Of a DNA stretch of 64,000 bases, positions 52,790-64,000 are shown in pieces (the stretch's first letter is position 1; each line of letters starts with the position of its first letter). The position numbers were made by a program, and so were the translations under genes. The notes below the pieces were generated by a model. That model was not told where the DNA came from. It saw only the letters and a list, made by a program, of their open reading frames with translations, and did not search any database. The stretch is from Octopus vulgaris. Taxonomy: Eukaryota. The stretch spans positions 96,720,001 through 96,784,000 of the forward strand of contig OX597816.1 in the NCBI GenBank assembly GCA_951406725.2. Direction: 5' to 3'.

Positions 52790-55159
52790 GACAACTGGGA
52801 ATTCCTGTGGGACAACTTGCTGAGTGCCACAGACCAAATCTGTGGGTGGTGCAAAGTCACAACCAGACCTTGGGTAATGTGGTGGTGGGACAATGCAGTA
52901 GACAGGACCATTAGAGCAAAGAAACAGGTCTTGAAGGACTGGAAGAGTTGGGTAGCAGAGAACTGTATGAGACAGCCAGAAGGGAAGCTAGGGGACAGGT
53001 ATATCTAGCTAAGGGAAAAGCAAAAAAGAAGTTTGCCTATGTCCAGCAATGAGAGGACCAGAGAACTGAAGTGTTTTGGATTGCAAGACAGTGTGTGAGA
53101 GAAAATTGTGATGTCATGGGAGAGAAATGTGTCCGCATGGATGATGGTGCACTTGAATTTAATGATTCTGCAAAGAAAGAAGCTTGGAAATGTCATTATG
53201 AAAGACTGCTGAATGTGGAGGATGAATTGGGGGATGAGAGTCTACCTAACGATGACGCAATTGAGGGACCAGCCACCCAAATTGACAGTACCTTGGTAAA
53301 TAAAGCAATTAAGGATATGAAGACAGGGAAAGCACCTGGTCCACTAGGAATCACTGCTGAGATGCTTAAAATATCTAGCGGTGTGGGTTATGGTCTTGTC
53401 ACCCACATCGTAAATCAGGTAGTTCACAAAGGAGTCATACCCAATGACTAGTGTAGCAGCATCATAATCAACTGCTACATAGGTAAAGGTGATGTCTTAG
53501 ATAGAAATAATAACAGAGGTATCAAATTGTTAGATCAGGTGATGAAAGTCATGGAGAAAGTCACAGCCCAACTAATTAGGGAGAGGGTTAGCTAGACAAG
53601 ATGCAGTTTGGTTTTGTGTCAGGGAGAAGAACCATTTCTGGAAAGACAATTGCAGAAGAAATACATAGACAAAGATAAACCTCAGTACTTGGCCTGTTGA
53701 CTTGGAGAAAGCCTTTGACAGGGACGCCTGATCTCTTATCTGGCGGTCAGTGTGGAAACTAGGGATAGATGAGTGGTTGGTGAGAGCTGTACAAACTATG
53801 TACGGGGATGATACCAGTAAGGTGTGGGTTGGCAACAAGTATAGCAAAGAATCCAGGGTACAAGTAGGGGTTCACCAAGGATCGGTGCTCAGCCCCACTT
53901 GTTCATGATAGTCTTCCAGGCAATAACAGAAGAACTTAAGACAAGCTGCCCCTGGGAGCTCCTCAATGCTGATGACCTTGTTCTTATAGCTGAGTCACTA
54001 TCAGAACTAGAGAAAAAGTTCCAGGTATAGAAGCAAAATCTAGAAATGAAGGGTCTTAGAGTTAACCTAGCAAAAACCGAAGTCTTAGTAAGTAGGAAGG
54101 TGGACAAATAAAAAATCCCTTCAAATAGATGGCACTGCTTGATCAGTAGAAAAGGCATACATAGAAACTCCATAAGATGCATCTGGTGCAAGTTTTGGAC
54201 ACATAAAAGGTGCAGCAATATCAGAGGAAGGTTAACACGGAAACTAGCTTTTGTATGTGGAAGATGCACAGGTAGAATAGATACTGAAAATGTGCAGAAA
54301 ATTGACTCCATCAACTGTTAGAGGACAAGCTAGAGGTAGTAGATAGCTTCTGTTACCTAGGTGACCAAGTTAGTTAGTGCTCCGAGAGGGTAACTGTGAG
54401 AATAAGAAGAGGTATAAGAGACATTAATTGAGGTGTGCAAGTGAGATGACTGCACAGGTATGGTAATATGATGTGTATGGATGAGGTCAGCTGTGTAAAG
54501 AAATGCTGATCTCAAACTGTGGAGGGAACATGTGATAGAGGTAGACCCAGGAAGACATGGGATGAAGTGATGAAGTATGATCTTTGAACTTTGAGCCTCA
54601 CAGAGGCAATGACTAGTGACTGAGACCTTTGTCGAAGATCCATCAAGCAAAACGAAATTATAGTCAGGGCTGGTATTAGTGTCATGTAATTGGTGCCCAT
54701 GCTGGTGGCATGAAAAGAGCACCATTCAAGCATTCAACCTCACGGAGGCAAAATTGCTGAGTTCCTTTCGATTGTCGGGCATTATGGAGGCAAAGTGACT
54801 GAGTTCCTTTCGAACAATAGGCTGCATGGGGTCAAAGTGGCTGAGTTCCTTTCAAGTGTTGGGTTTCATGGAGGCAATGAGCAAGATGTTTGGCATTACC
54901 TTGTGCTTGAGAAGAAGACCCATCAAGCCAAGCAAAATTGCAGTCACGGCAGATACAGATGTCATACAAATGGCACCCATGTCAGTGGCATGTAAAATCA
55001 CAAATTACACTCTCAGAATGATTGGCGTTAGGAAGGGCATCCAGCCATAGAAAACCAGGCGAAATCAGACTGGAGTCTGGTACAGCCTCCAAGCTTACCA
55101 GCCCTGGTCAAACCATCCAACCAATGCCAGCATGGATAACAGACATGATGATGATGATG

Positions 55160-55160
<1 letters not shown>
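52790..55160 (+). pseudogene. RTE LINE, 5'-truncated, degenerate RT plus PHD-like finger, 3' UTR and (GAT)n tail
   Basis: KAPGPLGITAEMLK, DLEKAFDR, GVHQGSVLSP, ADDLVL, CIWCKFWTHKRCS...FVCGRC. Confidence 0.9.
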
Positions 55161-55204
<44 letters not shown>

Positions 55205-55414
55205 TAGATAGATAGATAGATAGATAGACAGATTCAGATGAATATGGTACTTAAGTTGAGGCACCAGAATTTTGTACAGTATTTATCCATACAATTTCAA
55301 AGTAAGGTGATTAAAATCAAAATAAGCAACAAGGATATCCAGAGGTAATGCAGTACGATCATTTCACACAACTCCATTTAATTGAACAATGCAATCATTA
55401 CATCAATTTATGTA

Positions 55415-55433
55415 ATGATATATATATATATAT

Positions 55434-55494
<61 letters not shown>

Positions 55495-55578
55495 TATATA
55501 TACACATATATATATATATACAATATATATATATATACACATATATATATATATATACACACATATATATATACACAT

Positions 55579-55630
<52 letters not shown>
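55415..55630. repeat. long compound (TA)n/(CA) microsatellite
   Basis: More than 200 bp of interrupted TA repeat. Confidence 0.95.
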
Positions 55631-55831
55631 TATAGCGTATATTTAAATACATAGAGAATCCACTTATAGGGATTCTACGCGCTAGAAAGAAAAGCTAAGT
55701 TCTATAACCACTAAGTTCTATAGAACTTAGCTGTTCTTTCTAGCACGTAGAATCCCTATAAGTGGAATCCCTTTCTAGCGTATAGAATCCCTATAAGTGG
55801 ATTCTCTATGTATTTAAATATACACTATATC
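55629..55831. repeat. nested hairpin with internal direct duplications, adjoining (TA)n
   Basis: Outer arms gatatag(c)gtatatttaaatacatagagaatccacttatagggattcta and its reverse complement. 'tttctagc...gaatccctataagtgga' and 'ctaagttctata' each occur twice. Confidence 0.9.
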
Positions 55832-56155
55832 GTATGACTAATATATAGTCTTTTTGACTTAAATTTTTTTACATGTTAGACCACTGGAAATGTAAATATA
55901 TATATATATATATGTATATATAAATGATATATACATATATATATATATGTGTGTGTGTATGCATATATGTATGTGTATATATATATATATATATTTCTCT
56001 TTTTTCTTGTTTTCCCTATCTTTCCTTCAGTTTACATTTCTACTCCATAAAAGGAAAATGTCCAAAGTGTTGGAACAATAAACTCTATTTTTTGTGTGAA
56101 ATGTCAGATCATGAACTTTACCTCTCATGTTTGAATTTATTTCTTTGATATTCAA

Positions 56156-56201
<46 letters not shown>

Positions 56202-56399
56202 AAAAAAAAACCTTGAGTAACGCAGGTGAGAATTTAGACAAATTATGTTAGGTGAAGTCAATAAATGAAAACAAGGAAAGCAAATTGTACTACTTTACAT
56301 ATGCCATTTAATAATCCTACAATATTTAGGTAAATTTCTTGTTTTCAAAAAGAAGAAAGAAAATAATCAGTGTTTGAAAAAATGTATTGTTGTGACAAA

Positions 56400-57190
56400 A
56401 AGTGGTGGGAAAGATCACTGAACACTAGCTGAAACTTAAGGTAAATTTAGCCAGTAAGTAAAGCATTTTGAAATCTTTTTTATTAAAATCCTTTACAATC
56501 AATAATATTAATAAACATATTTATTTCACTAAGAACACCCCAGTGAAAAAGGAATTCTCCCACAAATTGACTTTGTACTCTGTTTCAGAAAAAGGTTATT
56601 TCACCACATAATTCAATGCCCCACAGAAACTTGTTCATACATTTTAAATCAGCTCTTCCCTACAGCAGCAAGCACAACTAATCACAAAATTCATTTGCTA
56701 ACATGTTTCCAAAACATTTTTTAACTCAATGAATACATAAAATAAAGAACTGACTCATAATCCCTACTTCCTTTAATTACCACATCTTAGCAAGACTACT
56801 TCCACAGCCAATCGGAAAGCCCATCCTGGATCCTCCTTATGTTGAATTCTTGCAAAAAACATAGCTCCCAAAGACCAGCATTTGTATGTAAATAGATTAC
56901 CATATCTGTGATAAAAACATGTCTACATGCATATGTAGTGTACTAGTTAAAATGTGATAAATGCAAGGATTGTTATATCAGTAGCACAATCTGGAAACTC
57001 TACACCCAGATTAAGTAACACTTACATACATGCACATTCTCAGTTAAGAAACACATTGACAAATTCCTCAGCCACAAAGCTGAGATATCTTATCTACTGC
57101 CTGGAACATTAATAACTTGAGAATAAAGGAGCGTATTCTCATCAAACAATATAAACTAGAATCAAGAACTGAACTGAATGGCACAAATTG
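56400..57190 (+). pseudogene. Penelope-like retroelement 3' ORF remnant (GIY-YIG endonuclease)
   Basis: About 56932-57025 reads YVVY*LKCDKCKDCYISSTIWKLYTQIK*HL, matching the VVY..C..C...YIG.T.R.L..R..EH pattern. LRIKERILIKQYK follows at about 57118. Confidence 0.75.
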
Positions 57191-58279
57191 GCTTTTCTAA
57201 CTACCTCACTTTGCCTACCTTACACTTACTTGCTCAACTTTTAAAATTATTTCACAAAGAAATTCACCAAATAACTACAACATATTTTACCACACCTAAC
57301 AACTGAGTACAACCTACCCTATTTGAACAAAGAAATTCTCAAAATACCTTACCTTCTTACTAAACTTTCATTAAAGTTTAGAGGGCTTTCCCACTACTAC
57401 TTCACACAGCTATGCTAATTTGTCAAGCCACATCACTTACTACTATTGCTGGTGTTACACTCTTTGCTGCTAATGATACTGCCAATTTCTACCAGGGTGG
57501 CTGTGTCAAACTCCTTCATACACCAAACTAGTCAACAACGAGGGTAAAAGTACATGCAGGAGTAGTGTTATGAAATCCCACCACCCTGAAGAAATCAGGA
57601 AAGTAAGAAAACTGTGGAAAAAGTACAATATCACAGTGGTTCTTCAGCATGACTCCCATTGCATGGCTGAAACACATAACAGAAATAAAATACACACACA
57701 GACACACACACATCATCATCATCATTTAATATCCCTTTATCCATAATGGTATGAGTTGGATGATTTGACAAGAACAGATGAGCTAGAGGGCTCTACTAGG
57801 TTCTATGTCTGCTCTGACATACTTTCTACAGCTGGATGCTCTTTATAACACCAACCACTTAACTAAGTGCACTTGGTGCTTTCTCCATGGCACCAGCACC
57901 AGTGAGGTTGCCAAGTCACCACAAGATAGATCCTTCAACTGAGCAGGGTATAGACTGGGGGAATAAGAAACGATGATAAAGGGGGAGGAGCAGGTGTCTT
58001 GCTGAATAGGTGAATATATGGCTTGCCCACCTGAAAAGTGAGAAAGAGAAAGAAAGCAAGAAAGAAAGCGATGTGAAGTCCAGGTATAAATATGAAATGA
58101 GGGAATGGGTTGAATGAAAACAGTGTGACAAATGACAAGAGATAAGGAATGAGTTGGAAGCAGGGGATAACAGTTCAGTGTAGGGGATGTGGAGAAAATA
58201 GTGTATTGCAGAAGATTGATGGAAGAGTAGATGTCAGGAGATGATTTCTGGAAGAAGGCTTTACAGAGCCTCAATTCTC

Positions 58280-58830
58280 CTGAGATGGACAGGTCTTCTC
58301 AAGCACAGCATAATGCCATTCATCTCAGTCCCTTGTTGTGTCTGAGAGCTTCAACTTCTTGAGGTCAGTCTTCACCACTTCGTCCCATGTCTACCTAGGT
58401 CTATTTAGTGATTGGCAATTCTTTATACAGCTGTCCTCATCCATCTACATCACATAACCCTACCAGTGCAGTCTTCTCTCCTGTACACCACATTGAATGC
58501 CTCTTATACTTAAATTTTCTCCTTGTACATGCACACTGACATTGCACATCCATTAGAGCATATTTGTTTGATTTCTTTCAAGTCTTGCATGTCTTTTGCA
58601 TTCACAGCCATGTAGCATTGCTGTTCATACGTAGGCATCATACAATCTGTTTTTCATTCTGAGAGGCCTCTTGTAACCAACAGAGGTAAAATTTCTCTGA
58701 ACTTTTTCCAGCCAATTAGTATTCTAGCAACCATACATTCAGAGCATCCTCCTTCACTGCTTATTAGGTCACCTGAAAAACAAAAACTATTTTATACTTC
58801 TAAGGAACCTCCTGGGCATTTCAGAACATG
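58280..58830 (-). pseudogene. RTE LINE 3' fragment
   Basis: Reverse-complement homologue of 11889-12185 and 40840-41200. Confidence 0.8.
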
Positions 58831-59282
58831 ATGTATATACAAGGTGTGTGTACCAACTTCTCTTTTATCCACTTCTAAAAACATTTGGTTCTCTGGCTAA
58901 CCATACAAACTAATGGTAACTATTTCAGTACTTTTTAATATGAACGTTGTAGTAGTTAGAACATGTTACATCCAGCAAAAGGTATGTTAACTCGATGTAT
59001 GAAAAACAATGTTAATGGTATAGTACAAGTACAGATGCAACAATGTGGTTAAGTGCTTCACAACCACGAGGTTCTTCTTTTGATCTCACTCCAAAGCACT
59101 TTGAGCATGTTTTCAACTGTAGCTTCAAGATGACTAATGCCAAGAGCTGATGGAATCTATATGTATCTAAGTCTATGTTTGTGTATAATGCTACATTGAG
59201 ATATATCTCTTAACATGAAAAGGAAAATGAGCCATTTCATGAGTAGATATTGTTAAAACAAGTTCTTTACTAAAATAAATAC

Positions 59283-59339
59283 CAGAGTTGATGTGATTGG
59301 TTATAAACCCTTGAAGATTGTTCTCCACACTGTCACAGC
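59283..59339 (-). CDS. possible short upstream M1AP exon (xCDSVENNLQGFITNHINSx)
   Basis: cattag|gc...tctg|gtattt, 57 nt, phase 1-1, compatible with the phase-1 start of exon 52458. The splice signals are weak and I see no clear homology. Confidence 0.3.
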
Positions 59340-60239
59340 CTAATGGCTGACACCAGTGAAGGTAAAATACAAATTCTGACATACACTTGCAGAATTTGAA
59401 TTATTAAAAATGGAGAACAAAGAATTTATAATTTATCAGCACAACTGAATTTGCTATTATTGAAGAAGTTAAATTACAAAATTATTATTGTAAAAAGAGT
59501 ACATGAATACACAAAAACATATATTTCAGTATCAACAATAGGCATGTAAACATCTTTGCTACTATATATTCATCTTAATCAAAATATATTTTATGTTATA
59601 TTAATTATTTAATAATTTTCATGATATTCAGATGAAAAGAATAATAAAAAAAATATTTGCAATTATAATGAGAAAGCAAGAAACTCTATAATGCACTCCA
59701 TCAGCAAGTCTAATTTTAATGATCAGTAAATCTTTTTGAAGAAAAATATATATCAACTGATTGACACAACTAACGGCATTTCACAATAGAATAAAGTTAT
59801 GTAAATTAGATGGCTATTTTGATAAATTATATTATAATCTTGACATAAATCTAGTTCAAATATATTATTTGTTTCTTGAATTTTTTCATGTTTTTTTCAG
59901 TTGTTTGAAAACAGTATATAAAGAATGTCAGAAACCATACTTCTTACAAAACTAGATGTAACAAAAAGTTGATGTTACACCAAAACACAGGACATGAATT
60001 TTAAAAAGATTAGAACACAGAGGTGATATAGCCTGTGAGAAATTCAATTATCTTATTGCTAAGCATCAAACAGGCAGCAAAACAAACATTCAATTCTCCA
60101 GAGACACAAACACTTGAACGAAATTAGTAACCAATATGAAATAAAGTGGATTTTTGTCTACGTATTAATCATGTTTTATTTCACAACAATGATTATCAAG
60201 TGAAATATACAACAGAGATACTTTCCTACACAGAAATTA

Positions 60240-61560
60240 CAGGAGTTGAAATGGGATATTGAAAGCACTTCTTCTGGTGGTAACTAAAGTTATTACAAAC
60301 CCTTTCATATCATCAACAGGTAACTGAGGGTCACAGGCATTTTGCTTCTGAGCCTGATAGATTTGCCTCAGCAAGGCAGTGAGGATCAAATTATCTTTTC
60401 TTGTCAACCACAAAAACTTTGAACTGGTTTCTGCTGCCATGCCTATCTTTTTGGTGGTTTTCTTCATCACTTTGCATTGCAAACCAATCTTCTGCAGTAA
60501 ATACATGCTAATTATGCTGGAAAGCTGTGGCAGTCAAATTTAATTGGGAATGAATCAATGTGCAATACTTTGAAAGATACCACATCCAACAAGTTTTCTT
60601 TCAGTTGGTGAGAAATGTCAAGTCTGTCTTTCCACAATGGTTCTTTTTTCATTCATGGATAGCAGGAACATGTTTGATCAGAACAGCATTACTGCTCCCT
60701 CTTCTGGGAAGACAAGTCTGCCCTTCAGGATCACTTGCATCCTCTAGTAGAAAATAAGTAACCAGCAAATGTTTTCACCTTACAAGCCTTGTCACTTTCC
60801 TTAAAAATTTGATACACTTGGGTAGTGATAGCTACTGTTTATCAGCTTCAACTTTCTGCAAGTCCATCCATTTGGACTTACAAAAGGAATTTTTATTATG
60901 TCTCCTTTTGTATCTGACTTTTCCTGGTGCTCTTGGGCATCCAGTCAAAGTGTGATTCAAGGTGCAAAATGTAGCTCCACACTGCTTGCAGTATGGATCT
61001 TTTGTCATATTTTAAGGTTATATGGTCTTGGTAAGAGATCAGTGATGGCACACAGAAGATACGATGATGTTCCCTGGTCAGCTCCAGAGTTTTCTCGAGG
61101 ACAGTGGGCACTTGAGTGTCTGGTCCCACTGTCTTTGGTGGACAAGCTCTACCACTTTTGTACAGTGATCTTCCTCAGTTCTAGCAATAGGTTTGTGACC
61201 ACCCAAGTGTACTACAGATATTGAGCAACCTGTTACAATGTCCTTTTCCAGGCTCTCCCATCTGGTGGGGAAATTTCCTACAGTGACTCTACAGAGAATC
61301 TAATCTTCAGCAAATTTGTATGTGACATTAATAACTTGACTGCTGCTATTGGTACTTGGTAGTATACCAGTGCACTTTAGATTAGCTTGTGAGGCACACT
61401 TGAGTAAGCTTTGGCAAGATCTAACCATACTACTGTGTATTTCTATTCCACTTACCTCTTTAATGATGTGGTTGATTGCTGATGTATGCTCCAAGCATCC
61501 AGAGTAGCTTGGAATTCCCCTGTTTTGGACATTTGTGTTAATGTACCCACTGGCCAGTAT
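60240..61560 (-). pseudogene. HERO/NeSL-like RLE non-LTR retrotransposon remnant
   Basis: GYINTNVQ...IPSYSGCLEHTSAINHIIKE (RT N-terminal region) and KIGMAAETSSKFLWL (C-terminal end); heavily deleted. Confidence 0.6.
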
Positions 61561-64000
61561 ATATACTGATCAAATGTTCATTCAATGACATTTAAGCATG
61601 AGTTTAGAAATGTAAGTCCATTAAATATGGCATTAATGTCAATTGATTGCTAGAAAAAATGGTGAAGGCGACTCTTTTAACCCAAACTTTAGCTATTGTA
61701 GAAATATTTAAAATATTAGCTCTTTCATATAAAATAGAATGGAAGTTATTAACAATTAAAGAAAAATAAAATGAAACAAAGCCATAACAAAGTTTGTACA
61801 TATTATTTTAAAGCCACTGATTTGGTATCTTCAACTCAAACTCGTGTTTTAAACAAACATTATGCCATAGAACCACAAACACACCTCATACACTGACATC
61901 CAGTTTACATGGTAAGCTTCTTCACACAACCACAAAAGTATCTCTTACACTAAAAACCTTGCTCAATGCACATTGCGCAACTACAGACATCTACACTATC
62001 ATCATATGTAATAGATACAAACATCTTTTCTACACAGGAAACTTTTAACAAGTACACACATACCAAACACCACAGAACAGGTCATTGAACTAATGAGGGA
62101 ACCACAATGTGGGTCACTTGAACTGCAAGAAATAGCAGCCAAACTTCCCTAAAAAGCACATCCTATAGTCTTAAATAAGGACAGGAGATTAAATAATATA
62201 GTCCTACACACCCATAAAAGGATAAAGATGAGCACAATGTGGATGCCTTTGACTACAGGTTTGTTTCATCATGATTGAAACTGAAGCAAAACCACAACAA
62301 TAACATGGCTAGGACTCTTGAAGTGGTGGAATTTGAGCAGATAATAGATTAATGAAGCAATGTAAGTGAATAGGAGTTATGATGAAACTGTTAATGATCA
62401 TTCCAGAAGCAAACTGAATCAGTGATTTTGTTGAGAGGTTTCATAATGTGTATAGTGTGGGAACCATATCTAAAGTTGTTCCTGCAATATTACTTCAAAA
62501 CATGAATTAGTGAGATGGATTCAGATACAAAAGTGATGAAATAAATGTTTTTAAGTATTGTCATTTGTTTTGGTAATGCATCTAACTTGTTCCAGAACAT
62601 CGTTAATTATGATAGAACTTTTGGTTTGATACATATAATTAACAGCCTTCATATATTTCAACATATATGTATGCACAAATGATTAACTTTAAAGAAAGAA
62701 AAATTTGCAAAGTTTGGTGAATGAAAAATTATAAATTAGCAATTTAAAAAAATTATACAATTTCTCACTTGAGTTTGGCAGGCTGTTCAGTCAAATTCAA
62801 AGATAGCAAGGTGGCAGAGGAGAAAAAAGACTGTTGATAAAAAGAGAAGTAATTTCTTCTAAATTTTTGAGAAGATCTATTTTTTCTACAAGAGAATAGT
62901 CTGTTACATCTATTATAGAAGAAAAAGTAGAAGGTTCTTTGAACATTTTTTTAAAGAAATTACCTAGAGTGGATTACTGCAGCCTATTTTTCTGGACAGT
63001 CAAAAAGTTGTGCAACGCTTTCTCACTTTCTAAGAAAATAGTTCAAACCTGACTCAACATCCTCTAAGACATAGTGTTGCATTCTCACAATGTCTAAGTT
63101 CACATCGAAGACAAAAAATAACCCTTCTTCAGCTCTTTTGAAATACATATTCTTTTTGTTCTCTTTTTCAAAGTCAATGTAACACGGTACGTATTGGTTG
63201 ACAAAAAGATGAACTGAGGTAATGTAAAATATTATTTTTTACACAGAAAAGCAAAAAGAATCCTTTGCTGACACCTTAGCTTATTTACTTCTATATTATA
63301 ATCTCTGAGCCAAAGGACCTGTAAACATTTAGATGACCTATTTAAAATATTGTAACCAAATTTCCTCAAATTGCATTCAACCATCTTAAAACAGGGTAAG
63401 AATACATTACATTAGATTATTCAGTTCAGGGTACTTATAAGATGAAGGAATAGTCATACTGTTGACCATAAATCTTCTCAATCAGAGATGGAACTTGGAG
63501 TTAGAAAAAAAAAGCTTTTAAACTTGCAATCTAAGGACAAATAGTCTAATACCTTACCCATTCAACCATTTTGCAATTTTAACTTAAAACATATTATTAT
63601 TGTATGTCCATAATAGAGTGTTCATCACTCTTGTATACAGTTTAATATATTTGATATTTGGGTGCTTTCTCATTCTACTTCAGATAAAACTATTCAATCA
63701 CATAATCTTACACATCCAATAACTTATGCTAAATATATTTTTCTGTAAGTGTTATATTCAGTCTATGCACACTATCTATGGTTTTGTTACCAACAGAAAT
63801 AGCAGATCTCTCTATAAATATCATTCTTGTTTTAACACCAACTTATCCATGCTTGCCATAGGTCAAATGGAATTTGTTAAGGTAGATTTTCTTAGCCTGT
63901 ATGACATTCATATCACTAACACTCACCTATTTCTAAGTATGGTAATATTTCCCCATAGCCAGACATGTGTTCACAAAGACTGCAAATTATGGACATTGTT

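Noticed and set aside
55348-55654. Long YI-repeat ORFs
   Set aside because: Translation of (TA)n.
62960-63150. Possible further upstream M1AP exon on the minus strand (DVNLDIVRMQH...)
   Set aside because: In-frame stop before the candidate donor and no convincing similarity.

Overview
AT-rich eukaryotic genomic DNA with no prokaryotic features. The repeat landscape (tRNA-derived SINEs with internal (TA)/(TG) tracts, RTE-tail SINEs ending in (GAT)n, abundant (TA)n) looks like an octopus genome; this is an inference from recalled repeat sequences. The window lies mostly in the introns of one minus-strand gene. Four exons with canonical splice sites and matching phases (52379-52458, 49787-49930, 17753-17854, 9351-9602) splice into a peptide I recognise as M1AP (meiosis 1 arrest protein); a fifth short exon at 59283-59339 is possible. 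The introns hold decayed transposons: Helitrons (one with a PIF1 remnant), Tc1/mariner/pogo elements, RTE, CR1, R4/Dong-like and HERO-like LINEs, a Penelope-like GIY-YIG remnant and many SINEs. Almost all listed ORFs are spurious or transposon debris. Two signals stand out. First, near-perfect local inverted duplications recur at (TA)n tracts: two independent loci have the layout A-(TA)-A'-B'-(TA)-B and a third has A-(TA)-B'-(TA)-A'-(TA)-B. Second, hammerhead-ribozyme cores occur in Penelope-like repeats, including a back-to-back pair inserted between (TA)n tracts.
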